A stretch of DNA of 63,128 bases, filler included, from Collodictyon triciliatum (taxonomy: Eukaryota), in the NCBI GenBank assembly GCA_043381765.1. It is 9 parts of 9 records of this genome, joined end to end, with 100 filler letters (N's around TTAATTAATTAA, not from the genome) between each part and the next. Parts side by side here need not be neighbours in the genome. Positions count along the whole stretch, not along the records: positions 36,284 to 42,854 come from JBHJMP010004373.1; positions 42,955 to 49,525 come from JBHJMP010004374.1; positions 49,626 to 56,459 come from JBHJMP010004376.1; 6 more parts are not named here. One strand, 5' to 3'. A program made the translations under genes and the position numbers. The notes under the pieces are model-generated. The model saw only the letters and a program-made list of their open reading frames with translations, was not told where the DNA came from and did no database searches. Below, one piece after another: positions 38,601 through 49,800 of the stretch (position 1 is the first letter of the stretch; every line of letters begins with the position of its first letter).

Positions 38601-40014
38601 CAAATGTTCATTTTCCTCTGTGACTCATTGAAGGGATAAATATTACAAATCAACTTTTCAAGCCATATGCGTATCATGTTGATATAAGTTGTTTTTTTTA
38701 CAACCCTCAACCATCATTACATTTCATTATGAGATTTTCCTACCCATGACAAAAAAACTTAGATAATTTGTTACCCAGGACTGGTCAATTTAAATGTTCA
38801 GTTATTAAAAACATTAACATCAAAAAAGACTAAAATTACCCTAGCTGCATGCGTAGAATTATGACGGATGGGTGTTTATATATATATGAGCATTTTAAGA
38901 TTACTAAGCAACACATCATTTGAATTTGTAGTTTAATAATGTTATCAAGGATTTTTACACAGTTCGTCCGTTGTTATATTATTTTTATTTTAGTCTGAAT
39001 GAATCGAACCTTTACAGTCACTGAGTAGCAGAAGGGGGCTTACGTTCGAAAAATATTCGATTTTCTCATGACTTTATTCAATTCTAATGTACTTTCATCA
39101 AATTTTTCGAAAATGGATTAAAAATCGACATATTTTCATTCTACTTTTTTTATGTTGGACATTAAGAAAAAATCTTACCACTTAAGTCCGTTAGCTAAAA
39201 AATTAATTACTTTTTTCATCCGCAGCATCTTCACTCCGAACAGAACTTATGATAGACTGGCTAAGCCTCCGACTCTGATTAATAACCTTTTCAGTCGCAA
39301 GAGCTGTCTTCTTTGATTTATCAATCAATTTATCACACTTTAATTCAATTTTTTTTAGCAAATACTAAGGAAGAAATTTGACTTGAATTCTTGATTAATT
39401 TTCATTGATAAAATTTTATTATGGTTCAGAATTTTCATAATGTGATTTCTTCTATAATGAACCATGGTATTTACTAATTTTCAACAGAATATATTTCATT
39501 TGATAAATCTTGAATGAAGTAGAAAAATCGATATATTTATAATCAAACATGTATTGAATAAGAGACTTAACATCTATCGAATTTCTTTATAAATTGGACA
39601 CTAAACACCAAATATCAAACTGTTTTGTAAAAAAAATATGAAGTACCATACGTTATTAGTTATGTTTTTTTCGATATTAGTCATACTATAATTTTTTTAT
39701 TTCTTGCTCATCTCATACCTTTGATTAATTGAAATTTGAGAGTTAATATCAAATAATTAGAGCTATAGTATAGATAACGAATTAATCATTCGTTTATTTC
39801 TCATATGTATTCAAATAGAGAAGAAAATATCTCATTTGCATATTTAACCAATTTAGAGTGACTAAAAAAGCAAATCGAATATGTATTTCAAATATAAATC
39901 GCTGCCCTTAAAGAAATTACGATTTTAAATAAATTAATTTGAATAAACAATATAGCTTAAATGTGAACCGAATAAATCTAACTAATCATACATATAATGA
40001 AATAGGAAAACTAA

Positions 40015-42854
40015 ATGAAATCCGTTTCTTCGAGTACGCTTCCGCTGATAATCGGTATTTTGTGTTTTTTTTCTGCTGAAATTTGGTTTTATTGGCTAAA
40101 ATGATTTTATAGGAGTCCTTTTTTTGGGTCAATTTTTTTCTTGCCATGGCCAAGTTACTTCTGTGTATACTGTTGGAACAGGACACACAAAATCTGTTTG
40201 GAGTGTTGTTGTCACTCCTGATGATTCTCAGATAGTTTCTGCGGGGGGAGACGATAGGACAATAAAAATTTGGAATATTTCTGATGGAGCTTTGATTCGC
40301 ACTCTATTTGGGCACACCGACTGGGTTTGCACAGTTAATGTTACCCCTGATGGTACGAAAATTGTCTCTGGAAGCGACGATAGAACGATTAAAATTTGGA
40401 ATCTTTCTGATGGAGCTTTGATTCGCACGTTGAATGGGCATACACATGATGTTTATGGACTTGCAGTATCTAGAGATAATATCGTGTTGTACTCCGGAAG
40501 TGGTGATAGAACAATAAGATTTTGGAATATTTCTGATGGAGCTTTGATTCGCACATTGACTGGTCATACTGGTTATGTTCGGACTGTCATCACTCATCCA
40601 GATGGGTCAAAAATAATTTCTGGTAGTGATGACACAACAATAAAAATTTGGAATACTCATGATGGAACTCTTATCCAAACATTAATTGGACATTCAAATT
40701 ATGTTTGGAGTGTTGCTGTTACTCCTGATGGTTCAAAAATAGTATCTGGAAGCTATGATAAAACAATTAGGATTTGGGATTTTTCTCATGGAAATTTGAT
40801 TCGAACATGGAATGCTCATACTAACGAGATCACCAGCATTGCAGCCACTACTGACGGCTCCCAAATCATTTCTGCTAGCTATGACAAATCAATAAAAATA
40901 TGGAATCTCTTCGATGGAGCTTTGATTCGCACATTAACAGGTCACCTTGCAGCGATTATTAAAGTTACAATAACCTATAATTGCTTATTAATAGTGTCTG
41001 GGGGTGAGGACTCGACGGTGAAAGTCTGGGATTTATCCAAAGGAAATCTCATTTATTCGAGAGGCTCCAAAATTTCAAGCATTGCTTCGTCTCAAACAAA
41101 GTCCATTTTCGTCTCTGGGCACTCAGACAATATCATAAGAATCTGGAACTTGAATAATGGAGATTTAGTTCGCTCATTAACTGGGCATACAGATGTTTTA
41201 CAGGCAGTGGCAGTGAACCCAGACAGTTCAAAAATTGTCTCCGGAAGTGTGGACAAGACAATCAAAGTGTGGAGTATTGATGATGGAAGAATAGTTCAAA
41301 ATATTCAAGTGCACACTGATTCAGTAAATTGTGTCGCCATCACTCAAGATGGAACGAAAATCGTCTCTGGAAGCAGCGACAAAACAATCAAAATTACCAG
41401 CATATCAGATGGAACTTTGATAAGAACATTCAGCGGACATACTGGAATCGTTAACAGTGTAGCTTTGACCCCTGATAGCTCAATAATTGTGTCAGGAAGT
41501 GCTGATAAAATAATTAAGGTGTGGAATATCAACGACGGAACAGTAGTTCAAAATATTCAAGTGCACACAGATTCAGTAAATTGTGTCGCCATCACGCAAG
41601 ATGGAACGAAAATCGTCTCTGGAAGTAGCGACAAAACAATCAAACTTACCAGCATATCAGATGGAGATTTGATAAGAACTTTCAGCGGACATACTGGAAT
41701 CGTCAAAACAGTTGTCATTTCTCCAGATACTTCAAAAATTATCTCTGGAAGCAACGATAATACAATAAGAATGTGGAATTATTCAAATGGAGTGACAATT
41801 CACATTTTTTTCATAACATTTTGCTACAATTAATGATTTTTCAATTCTGTCTGATGGAACAAAATTTCTCTCTGCAAGTGAAGACGCATTTATTAAAATG
41901 TGGAATTTTCCTGATTTCAGTTTGATTTTGACAGTTTCAGGTCACACAAGTTCGGTTAATAGCGTTAGTTTGAGCCCAGATAGAACTAAAATCGTATCAG
42001 GAGGTAGCGACAAAACAATACGAATTTGGAATTATGCTGATGGAACCCAGGCGCTTTCAATAAACGCCCATACGAGTACCGTCAATAGTATTGTTATTTC
42101 CCGTGATGGAACAAAAATTGTGCCTGGAAGTAGTGATAATGCTATCAAAATGTGGAATTTCTCGGATGGTATATTATTGAAAACTTTTAGTGGCCATACT
42201 GCAGCTGTTCGAAGCGTTGCTATATCATCAGATAGTTCTGTTATTGTATCAGGAGGTGATGATATGAATGTCAACGTTTGGGGAGTTTTGGACGGAAACT
42301 TGATACAAAGCATAGTTGGGCATACAAAAGGGGTGAATGCTGTTTTCATCACTCCAGACAACAGCAAAATTATATCAGGTAGTGCTGATTTTTCAATAAA
42401 ATTATGGACTTTATCGGATGGAGTGTTGATAAGAACTATCACTGGTCACGGAAACTCTGTCAGGTGTGTCATTACCTCTCCAGATGGAACGAGAATCATC
42501 TCTGGAAGCAGTGATAACACAATCAAAATTTGGAATATGCTGGATGGCGTGTTAATTCGAACTCTCTTTGGACACTCCAGCTCAATAAATAGCATTTCAA
42601 TACCACCTGATGGCACAAAATTGTATTCTGGAAGCAGTGATAAATCAGTCAGAATATGGACAATATCAGATGGGAGAGAAATTCGACCGCTTTTGAGTCA
42701 CATTGATTCTGTCAATAGTGTTGTTATTGCACCTGACTCAAAAATGATTTCAGCGAGCACTGACAGATTTATCAAAGTCTGGAGTCCATGCCAAGGAGGA
42801 TATTTTTACAACGAGCTGTCAAACACTTGCGAAAAATGTCCTGCTGGCTCCTAC
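40015..42854 (+). CDS. Signal peptide + 21 WD40 repeats + start of Cys-rich (GCC2/GCC3, ephrin-receptor-like) repeat; frameshift near 41805-41817; 3'-truncated
   Basis: ATG 40015 and GT-AG intron 40055-40112 give MKSVSSSTLPLIIGVLFLGQFFSCHG-QVTS. 21 GH..W units were counted. The ORF ends CQGGYFYNELSNTCEKCPAGSY at the scaffold edge. Confidence 0.85.
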
Positions 42855-42954
42855 NNNNNNNNNNNNNNNNNNNNNNNNNNNNNNNNNNNNNNNNNNNNTT
42901 AATTAATTAANNNNNNNNNNNNNNNNNNNNNNNNNNNNNNNNNNNNNNNNNNNN

Positions 42955-43051
42955 ATGATTATGATTATGATTATGATTATGATTATGATTATGATTATGA
43001 TTATGATTATGATTATGATTATGATTATGATTATGATTATGATTATGATTA
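42955..43051. repeat. (ATGATT)n at scaffold start
   Basis: Tandem hexamer seen directly. Confidence 0.95.
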
Positions 43052-43100
43052 TTTGTTTCAAAGAGCTCGCTCCATCATATTAGTAGTTTGTTATACTCAC

Positions 43101-43227
43101 GGGTCGGTGGTAGCTGGTGTCTTGATCGTCGGTGTGTCTCTGTGCATAACCAGTGTTGAAGGGCATGAGGTAAAGTGATCTTTTCGCTCTCTGGGTCGGC
43201 TACGTCGGCCTCCTCATAGGCATTCAT
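43101..43227 (-). CDS. Possible first exon of a gene truncated by the scaffold edge
   Basis: ATG, then MNAYEEADVADPESEKITLPHALQHWLC..., ending at a GTGAGT donor. Confidence 0.3.
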
Positions 43228-44003
43228 TGGCGTCGGTCTCCTGGTAGGCGGTCTCGTCGCTCTCGGGATCGCTCTTTCCGATCGCTTGCTTCCTTGCTTC
43301 CTTGCTTCCTTTTTTTTCCGGCTTCAGACTTCAGATTCAGAATGTGGCGGGTTGGGAGAAGGAAGAAAGAACCCCAGATAATAATAATATTTTCCAGAGA
43401 ACGTGTCTTTTTTTCTCTCTCAGTGTGCTTGTTTCTCAGCAAAAGAGACTTTTCCTATTCGTAGTGTTTTTTTATTGTTCGTCTCAACTCTGTCTCTCTT
43501 TGTGATCATCTCATTTTTCGCATTGCGAGGTATAGAATAGATCAACCCAGGAAATTTCTATTGGCGCACTTAACATACAAACAAACTGTTCAAATTCATA
43601 GCATGGAGAAGAATTGTTTATGTTTTTTTTTTCTTGATTTTGCTGCACTAGACAAGAGGAAGATATGAGGGGAAAGTCAAAACATCAGGTGGGGGAATGA
43701 AGAGACAAGGAAGGATGAAAGAAGAGAAAAGGGGAGCTTCAGACTCATCATTTTACATGTATTTGAACAAGAGGCCAGACAGACAGATGAATAGACGAGT
43801 TCGCGATCAGCTAGGCCCTGACCAATCCGATTTCGACGTCGACAAAGACAGTAGATTCTAAATTATTGTTTTGGTTTTTTTTTTTTTTTATCATTAGGCC
43901 TCCCTGCGAGTAAAGAAAACAAATAGCGAATAACTTTCAAAAAAGCTATAAGCACACGAAAAAGTCGCTTATTAGTGAGTTGAAAGGAATTGTAACGTGT
44001 GCA

Positions 44004-44888
44004 TTAATGGTCCATATGACGACCTCCCCTACCGCGTAATACACCGATGGCATGAAAGAGGAAGAAATAAATATAGTCAATATCGAAAGGTTGAACAATA
44101 CCCAGATAACTCAAAACAGCACGAACATCTTGGGTGGCCAGATCGGCAGGTGTCTCCCCTGTGATGGAAAAGGCACGTGTGTTTGCACCGAGCTTCACGA
44201 GTGTACGAATGAGCTTGATACATTTCTAAGGAGAATATCATGTCAAGCATTTTAAACTACCTCGATATAAAAAAAAATAAACTATCTGCGAGCAGGAAAA
44301 ATACAAATGACGAAAAGAATGAAATGAAGGGAGAGAAAAAAAGACATGTTGGACGGCGACATGGAGAGGCGTGTAGCCGAATGCATCAGTAGAGTTTATG
44401 TGCGCCCCGGCCTTGAGTAGAGCAGAGATGATCGCCTCATCTCCATGAATTGCTGCGGCATGTATACATGTTTGTCCACTCTGTTTGTTGTTGTTTTGTG
44501 TAACTAGGGGAGTCCTTGAAGCAAAATTAAACCACATAGACAAGAGGAAATCTTCTGGAATAAGACAAACTATTGTCCGCAGATTGGGGTTGGCCCTGTG
44601 GTTAAGAAGAAGCAGGGCAATCTCTGTGTGGTTTGACTCACATGCGAAGAAGAGAGCAGAGCGACCAAGGTGATCCTGTAGCCAGTTTGCTACCATGAGG
44701 AAAATCGAGGAGACTCATTTTTTTTTGGTTGGGTCACCAATCTAAGTGAATAGAGTGGGGAACTTCTGCTTGCTTTGCTTTTCTTTGCTATCTTTGCTTG
44801 CCTGAGAATTCACATTAGGTTTTTTGGATAGTAGAGAGGAAACTCGTGTGAGGTCGCCCTTCCTCGCGCTGTCAATCAGAAAGTCCAT
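44004..44888 (-). CDS. Small ankyrin-repeat protein (about 4 repeats), multi-exon; 3' end uncertain
   Basis: ARKGDLTRVSSLL, GRSALFFAC, GQTCIHAAA, GYTPLHVAV, GETPADLA. Confidence 0.85.
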
Positions 44889-45687
44889 TGGGAGGCGGAG
44901 AGTCCTTCCTGGCGTGGGTTCTATGGCTTCTGCGTTCGTGAGCGGAGAGAGGGAATAAGGGAAGGCTTTGGAGGGTAAGTGTTTTCTTATCTTTTCTTCT
45001 ACATGTAATTCGTGGATCTCTTAAGGCTTTGTAGCTGTCCTGTTGCATACCTCTGGAATCGGCTTGCGATTGCGTTGGGAAACCAATGTTGTGAGCATCT
45101 GTCACTTTTGCTGCTTGACTCTAACTGTCGGCGGTTGTATTTTCCGAAGATTCAGTGAAAACAGATATGGTAATTAGATGCATCTATTTCTATAACAAGA
45201 TTTCGTTGCTGTTTGATATTTGGAGTGTATGCTTTAGATCGAGGTGATGGTGGAGAATAACAGCAAGAGTATCTGGTAATTTTATATACAAAGACGCAAT
45301 TATATGTATAATACGACGCAATCTTGTCCTACTATGACCAAACTAGTAAAAAATGGGTAAAATATATATTTTCCATATTTGTGAACGTGATTTTCTTTTC
45401 CTGCCTGACAGCCCACCCTTATCCACCAGAGGGAGCCCAGACGAATCATAACATCTCCAAGGAGAATCAAATAAACTAAGCCCGGTGTGCTCACCCCATA
45501 TTTTTTTTTTGTCTTAGTAGCAAACTTTACTTTCCCATTTCTTGAAGAAAGTGCAAAGAGGCCGAATAGAGCAGAGGGGGGGGGGGTTTAAAAAAAAAGA
45601 AATAAATGGAAGGGCATAGTTGGTGTGGGTATTTTGTAAGGAGCAAGAAAGCAGACGAGTATTGTGAGGATACGCCGATATGAGGAA

Positions 45688-48220
45688 TCATTTCCTGGAT
45701 TTTTGTGATTTTCTTGATTTTCGAGGCGGCCTCACAAACCGTTTTTTCTTTTCTAACCTGGCTTGCTTCAGGTTTTTTTGTGACCTTTTAACTCTAGCAA
45801 TTGTATTCGGACCATGCAGGGTCTGATGTGCAGCTAATATCAACAACGATTGTTCGTTCCCACTTGAGTCCAGTATCAGGACATCAGACTCATCGTACAA
45901 ACCAGGTGTTGCCGGGGATCCAACGGGTTGGGGACTAACATACCAGTTGCCTGGGGACGGACTGAACGACCGTAAGGCATTGGGAGGTTGAGCTGCAGTC
46001 ATATAATCCTCTTGAAGATGAAGCCTGGTATTAGATTCATAACCCATGATATCTGGCGGTGTGACAGATGGAAGGCTATTTGTCATATCTGTATAATGAA
46101 TTTGGTGACTAGGAATCTCCCGGGATATATCCCAGTCCTCCATCTCAGTCAAATCAACAAAATCAATCTCTTCAATTATTCGCGCAACCTTGGAAGGTTT
46201 TCTTGGAGTTATACCTATAAAATATTATTTGGATATATTTATATCGGCTATCTACAAAAGCAAAAGCAAAAGCAAAAACAATAACAAAAACAATAACAAA
46301 AACAATAACAAAAACAATAACAAAAACAATAACAAAAACAATAACAAAAACAATAACAAAAACAATAACAATAACAATAACAATAACAAAAACAAAAACA
46401 AACATGAATTTTTTTAAGATATAAAGCCAGGAGGGAAATTATGGGACATAAACATGACTAAAAACACCAGATGGCTTTTTCTTTTTTTCCCTTCATTTTT
46501 GTGCATAGGTAAAGTTATAGTAAATATAAGGTTTAATCGATTTTATATTTCAAAAAACATACTATTGAATATAAGCATCTTATTTTCGTCCGGATGTTGC
46601 CCAATATCTGAGGTGGTGTTTTCCAGATATTTTGTTAGATAATTACACGTTTGGTCCAGTGCCTGGTCCTCATCAAAGTCTTCTGACGAGGTTTCTGGTC
46701 TATCATCGATAATCATATGCTGAGGATCACTTTCATGATTCGTTATAGGATGGAATAAATTCTGTGAATCACAATCCTTGTTGATGGTGTCACTATGATA
46801 GCTAGGAAAGTCCACTTGTTCAATCTCTGGACAATTCGGGTCCAGGTGTTGATAGTCCGAAGAATGGTATTTTTCAGATACAGGAAGTGAGTGAAAACTT
46901 TGCTCCAAAACCAAAGTAGAGTCATGGTTTAAGAAGTGAGGTTCGGTGTGCTCTTGAGTTGTAGAGTCTACGTAACATTCAGTGGGCCGAGAAGCGAGCG
47001 TTTCGTGTATAAACTCATGTTCTTGTTCGATGGGGTTAGAGCATGACTCAGAGATAGAGACATCTATATAAACATCACTGGTTTCAAAAATTGTCAGTAA
47101 AGGATTCTCCAGATTACAGGATGAGTCATTTTCAAGGGCACCATTGTCGGGCAATACATTCTCATATAGAGGGGATACTTCTAGTGAAAGAGTTATATGA
47201 CCAATTTGGTCTTCATTCTCCAGTTCTATGTGGAGCGATGGAAGTACGAATGAATCTGAACAACTTGTCTCCGAAGCGTTCCTTTCTTGAGTATGATGGT
47301 CATCAGTTTTTGGTGTGGCAGCTTCGGGGCCCTCTTCTTGATTTTCGCTCGTGACAAACGTACGAATTGCATATGAGGACATATCAAGTGATTGGGAAGT
47401 AATAGGCCCACAGTGAAAGCTATTTTCATCATTCAACGGAAATGCAATTTCATTATCAGTTAATGGAGCAGCGTAAAAAAACTCGGTGCTCTCATCTGAG
47501 ACATCTGGGATATGGCCTGAGTTTACATCAAGGCCATCTATAATCAGATTAGCATCATCGGATAAATAAATTTGGGTTTGATGAGTTTCGATTGGAGAAT
47601 TATCACTTGATCGAGACTGCAAAACTTCTTCAGCGATGTCATAATTTTCAGTATCGAAATTGTTGCAGATTTCTTCAAAGATGACTCCGAGTGACTCTTC
47701 ATCTGGAAAAAATTGGGGCTTGTCTTCCGATTTATTGAGTATTTCAGTGAAAACTTTATCCTTTGAATCAACTGCGACAGTATTATCACTCATGTAAACG
47801 CTGAATTCAGGACCAGAATTATCTTTCACCGGGTCATGAGGGGGCAAATCTACTGATTTAAGTCGTGGCTTCGCAGAATGGGTTGTTGAAGACTTTGATG
47901 AGAGAATGGATTTCTTTGGTGTGGCCTCACGATTGAATTTGTATTCAGCTAATTCAAAATCGCAGTCTCGAATTTCATTTTCTTCTGCAAAAGAAACTCG
48001 GCGACGCTTCGATGGAGTTCGACGTTCACTTACGTCATGTAATGAATATGACTTCAATAAAGAACCAAAATCGGTTTTTTGGTCATACTGTCTTTGAAAA
48101 ATCGAAAATTTAGAATTCACAACTGGTGTTAATTGATTGGTCAAATAATTGGTCCCATTCCAGTAATCAAGCCTTTTCTGAATATCATTTTCGGGAGATG
48201 TGTTTGGTGCTGGGCTCTAC

Positions 48221-48271
<51 letters not shown>

Positions 48272-49315
48272 TTAGAGCATAAAAACGTACAGGGACCCTT
48301 ATAAAATAGAATGGGGCGATTTGGTGGGATTTTACGACAAAATCGATCATTGATATAATACAAGGGGGTTTAAGGAAAAAGCTTACAGATATATTATGGG
48401 GTGCTGCAGCTTTTGTAGAAGTAGATTTCTTTGATTGAAATTTCTTTGGTACGGCCGGAGCTGATGGGGTTTGAGGTGGAATTTCTATGTTGCTTACCTG
48501 AATAAATATTTTATTTCATTTTTGAATTTGAATTCAATTTTTCTCAGATATATCCAAACAATCGACCTGATGTTGATTGATTTGAGGCTAAAATGGATAA
48601 TAATTTGAATCACCGTGGCTCTTTCAAATCGAAGCATTCGGGGGTACTCCACACCCAGGGCAATCAAGTCCGAATTGTTTAAGACAGTATCAGCAATTAC
48701 CGGATGACTATTCACCATGGTTGCATTCGGCGAACAGAAGTTTTTGAAACGAATCTTTGAGAAATCAAAGATAAAGTTATTTGCCAAAGTTAGATCATAT
48801 TATTACTACTATTACTGCTTCATCATTATTCTCATAAGTATTGGAGGAGTCCCTATGTTACCCATTATAAGGCAAGTGAAGTCATATGATAAATATTGGA
48901 ATACACTCGCGATATATGATAAAAGGGGAATACGATTACCTTATTTTGGACCTCCATACGTATTTCAGCGTGGATTCCCGTGATATCTACTCGTCTAATG
49001 CACAGGTCACAGGATGGATCACTGTATTTGTTGTTGTTGTTTTTTTTTTTTTTAAAAAAAAATGTCGCTTGTTTAAATGATGTTTGCGATTCAGGATCTA
49101 TATTCACTTCATATGCCTTTTAGAATAAATATGGTGGTCGTGTCAGCCCAGAAGGACAGTGTGATGTATCTCACGAACATAATACCGTGACATAAGTTAG
49201 AAAGGTTGGTGACAAACCTTCCAATCAAGAAGCGTGGTTTTGTAACCGGGAGTCTTCGGAGAACGTTTCCGCTCATGCCCAGGACAACGACAAACCCCCA
49301 AGCATTCCGATCCAT
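45688..49315 (-). CDS. FHA-domain protein with RVxF PP1-docking motif and long acidic disordered region (Ki-67-like layout)
   Basis: Spliced N-terminus GFVVVLGMSG..LPVTKPRFLIGSDPSCDLCIRRVDITGIHAEI..NATMVN..LNNSDLIALG; KRRRVSFAE and KKSILS in the 533-aa exon; basic C-terminal tail. Confidence 0.75.
46257..46402. repeat. (AAAAACAATAAC)n-type repeat, intronic
   Basis: Tandem repeat seen directly. Confidence 0.9.
48221..48270. repeat. (ATG)n microsatellite
   Basis: Tandem trimer seen directly. Confidence 0.95.
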
Positions 49316-49800
49316 GAATGCCTCACAAAAACATATAAATTATAGATAAATAACTTGCACAAAAGATGAGGAACAAAAAACTAAAGGATATTGGAAATCG
49401 AGAAAACAAAGAAAGCTGGCTGATCGTCGGTAAATATCATAGGGTCCGTAGAAAGCAACAACGCGTGCTCAATCAAAAAAACAAAAAACAAAAAACAAAA
49501 AAACAAAAAAAACAAAAAAACAAAANNNNNNNNNNNNNNNNNNNNNNNNNNNNNNNNNNNNNNNNNNNNTTAATTAATTAANNNNNNNNNNNNNNNNNNN
49601 NNNNNNNNNNNNNNNNNNNNNNNNNAACCAAAAAAAACCAAAAAAAACCAAAAAAAACCAAAAAAAACCAAAAAAAACCAAAAAAAACCAAAAAAAAACC
49701 AAAAAAAACCAAAAAAACCAAATTACTATGAAACAGAAAAAACCTTCTGAGAAGTTCAAGGTGTCGAAAACATAGCTCCAAAATAAAAATTGTAGCCATA

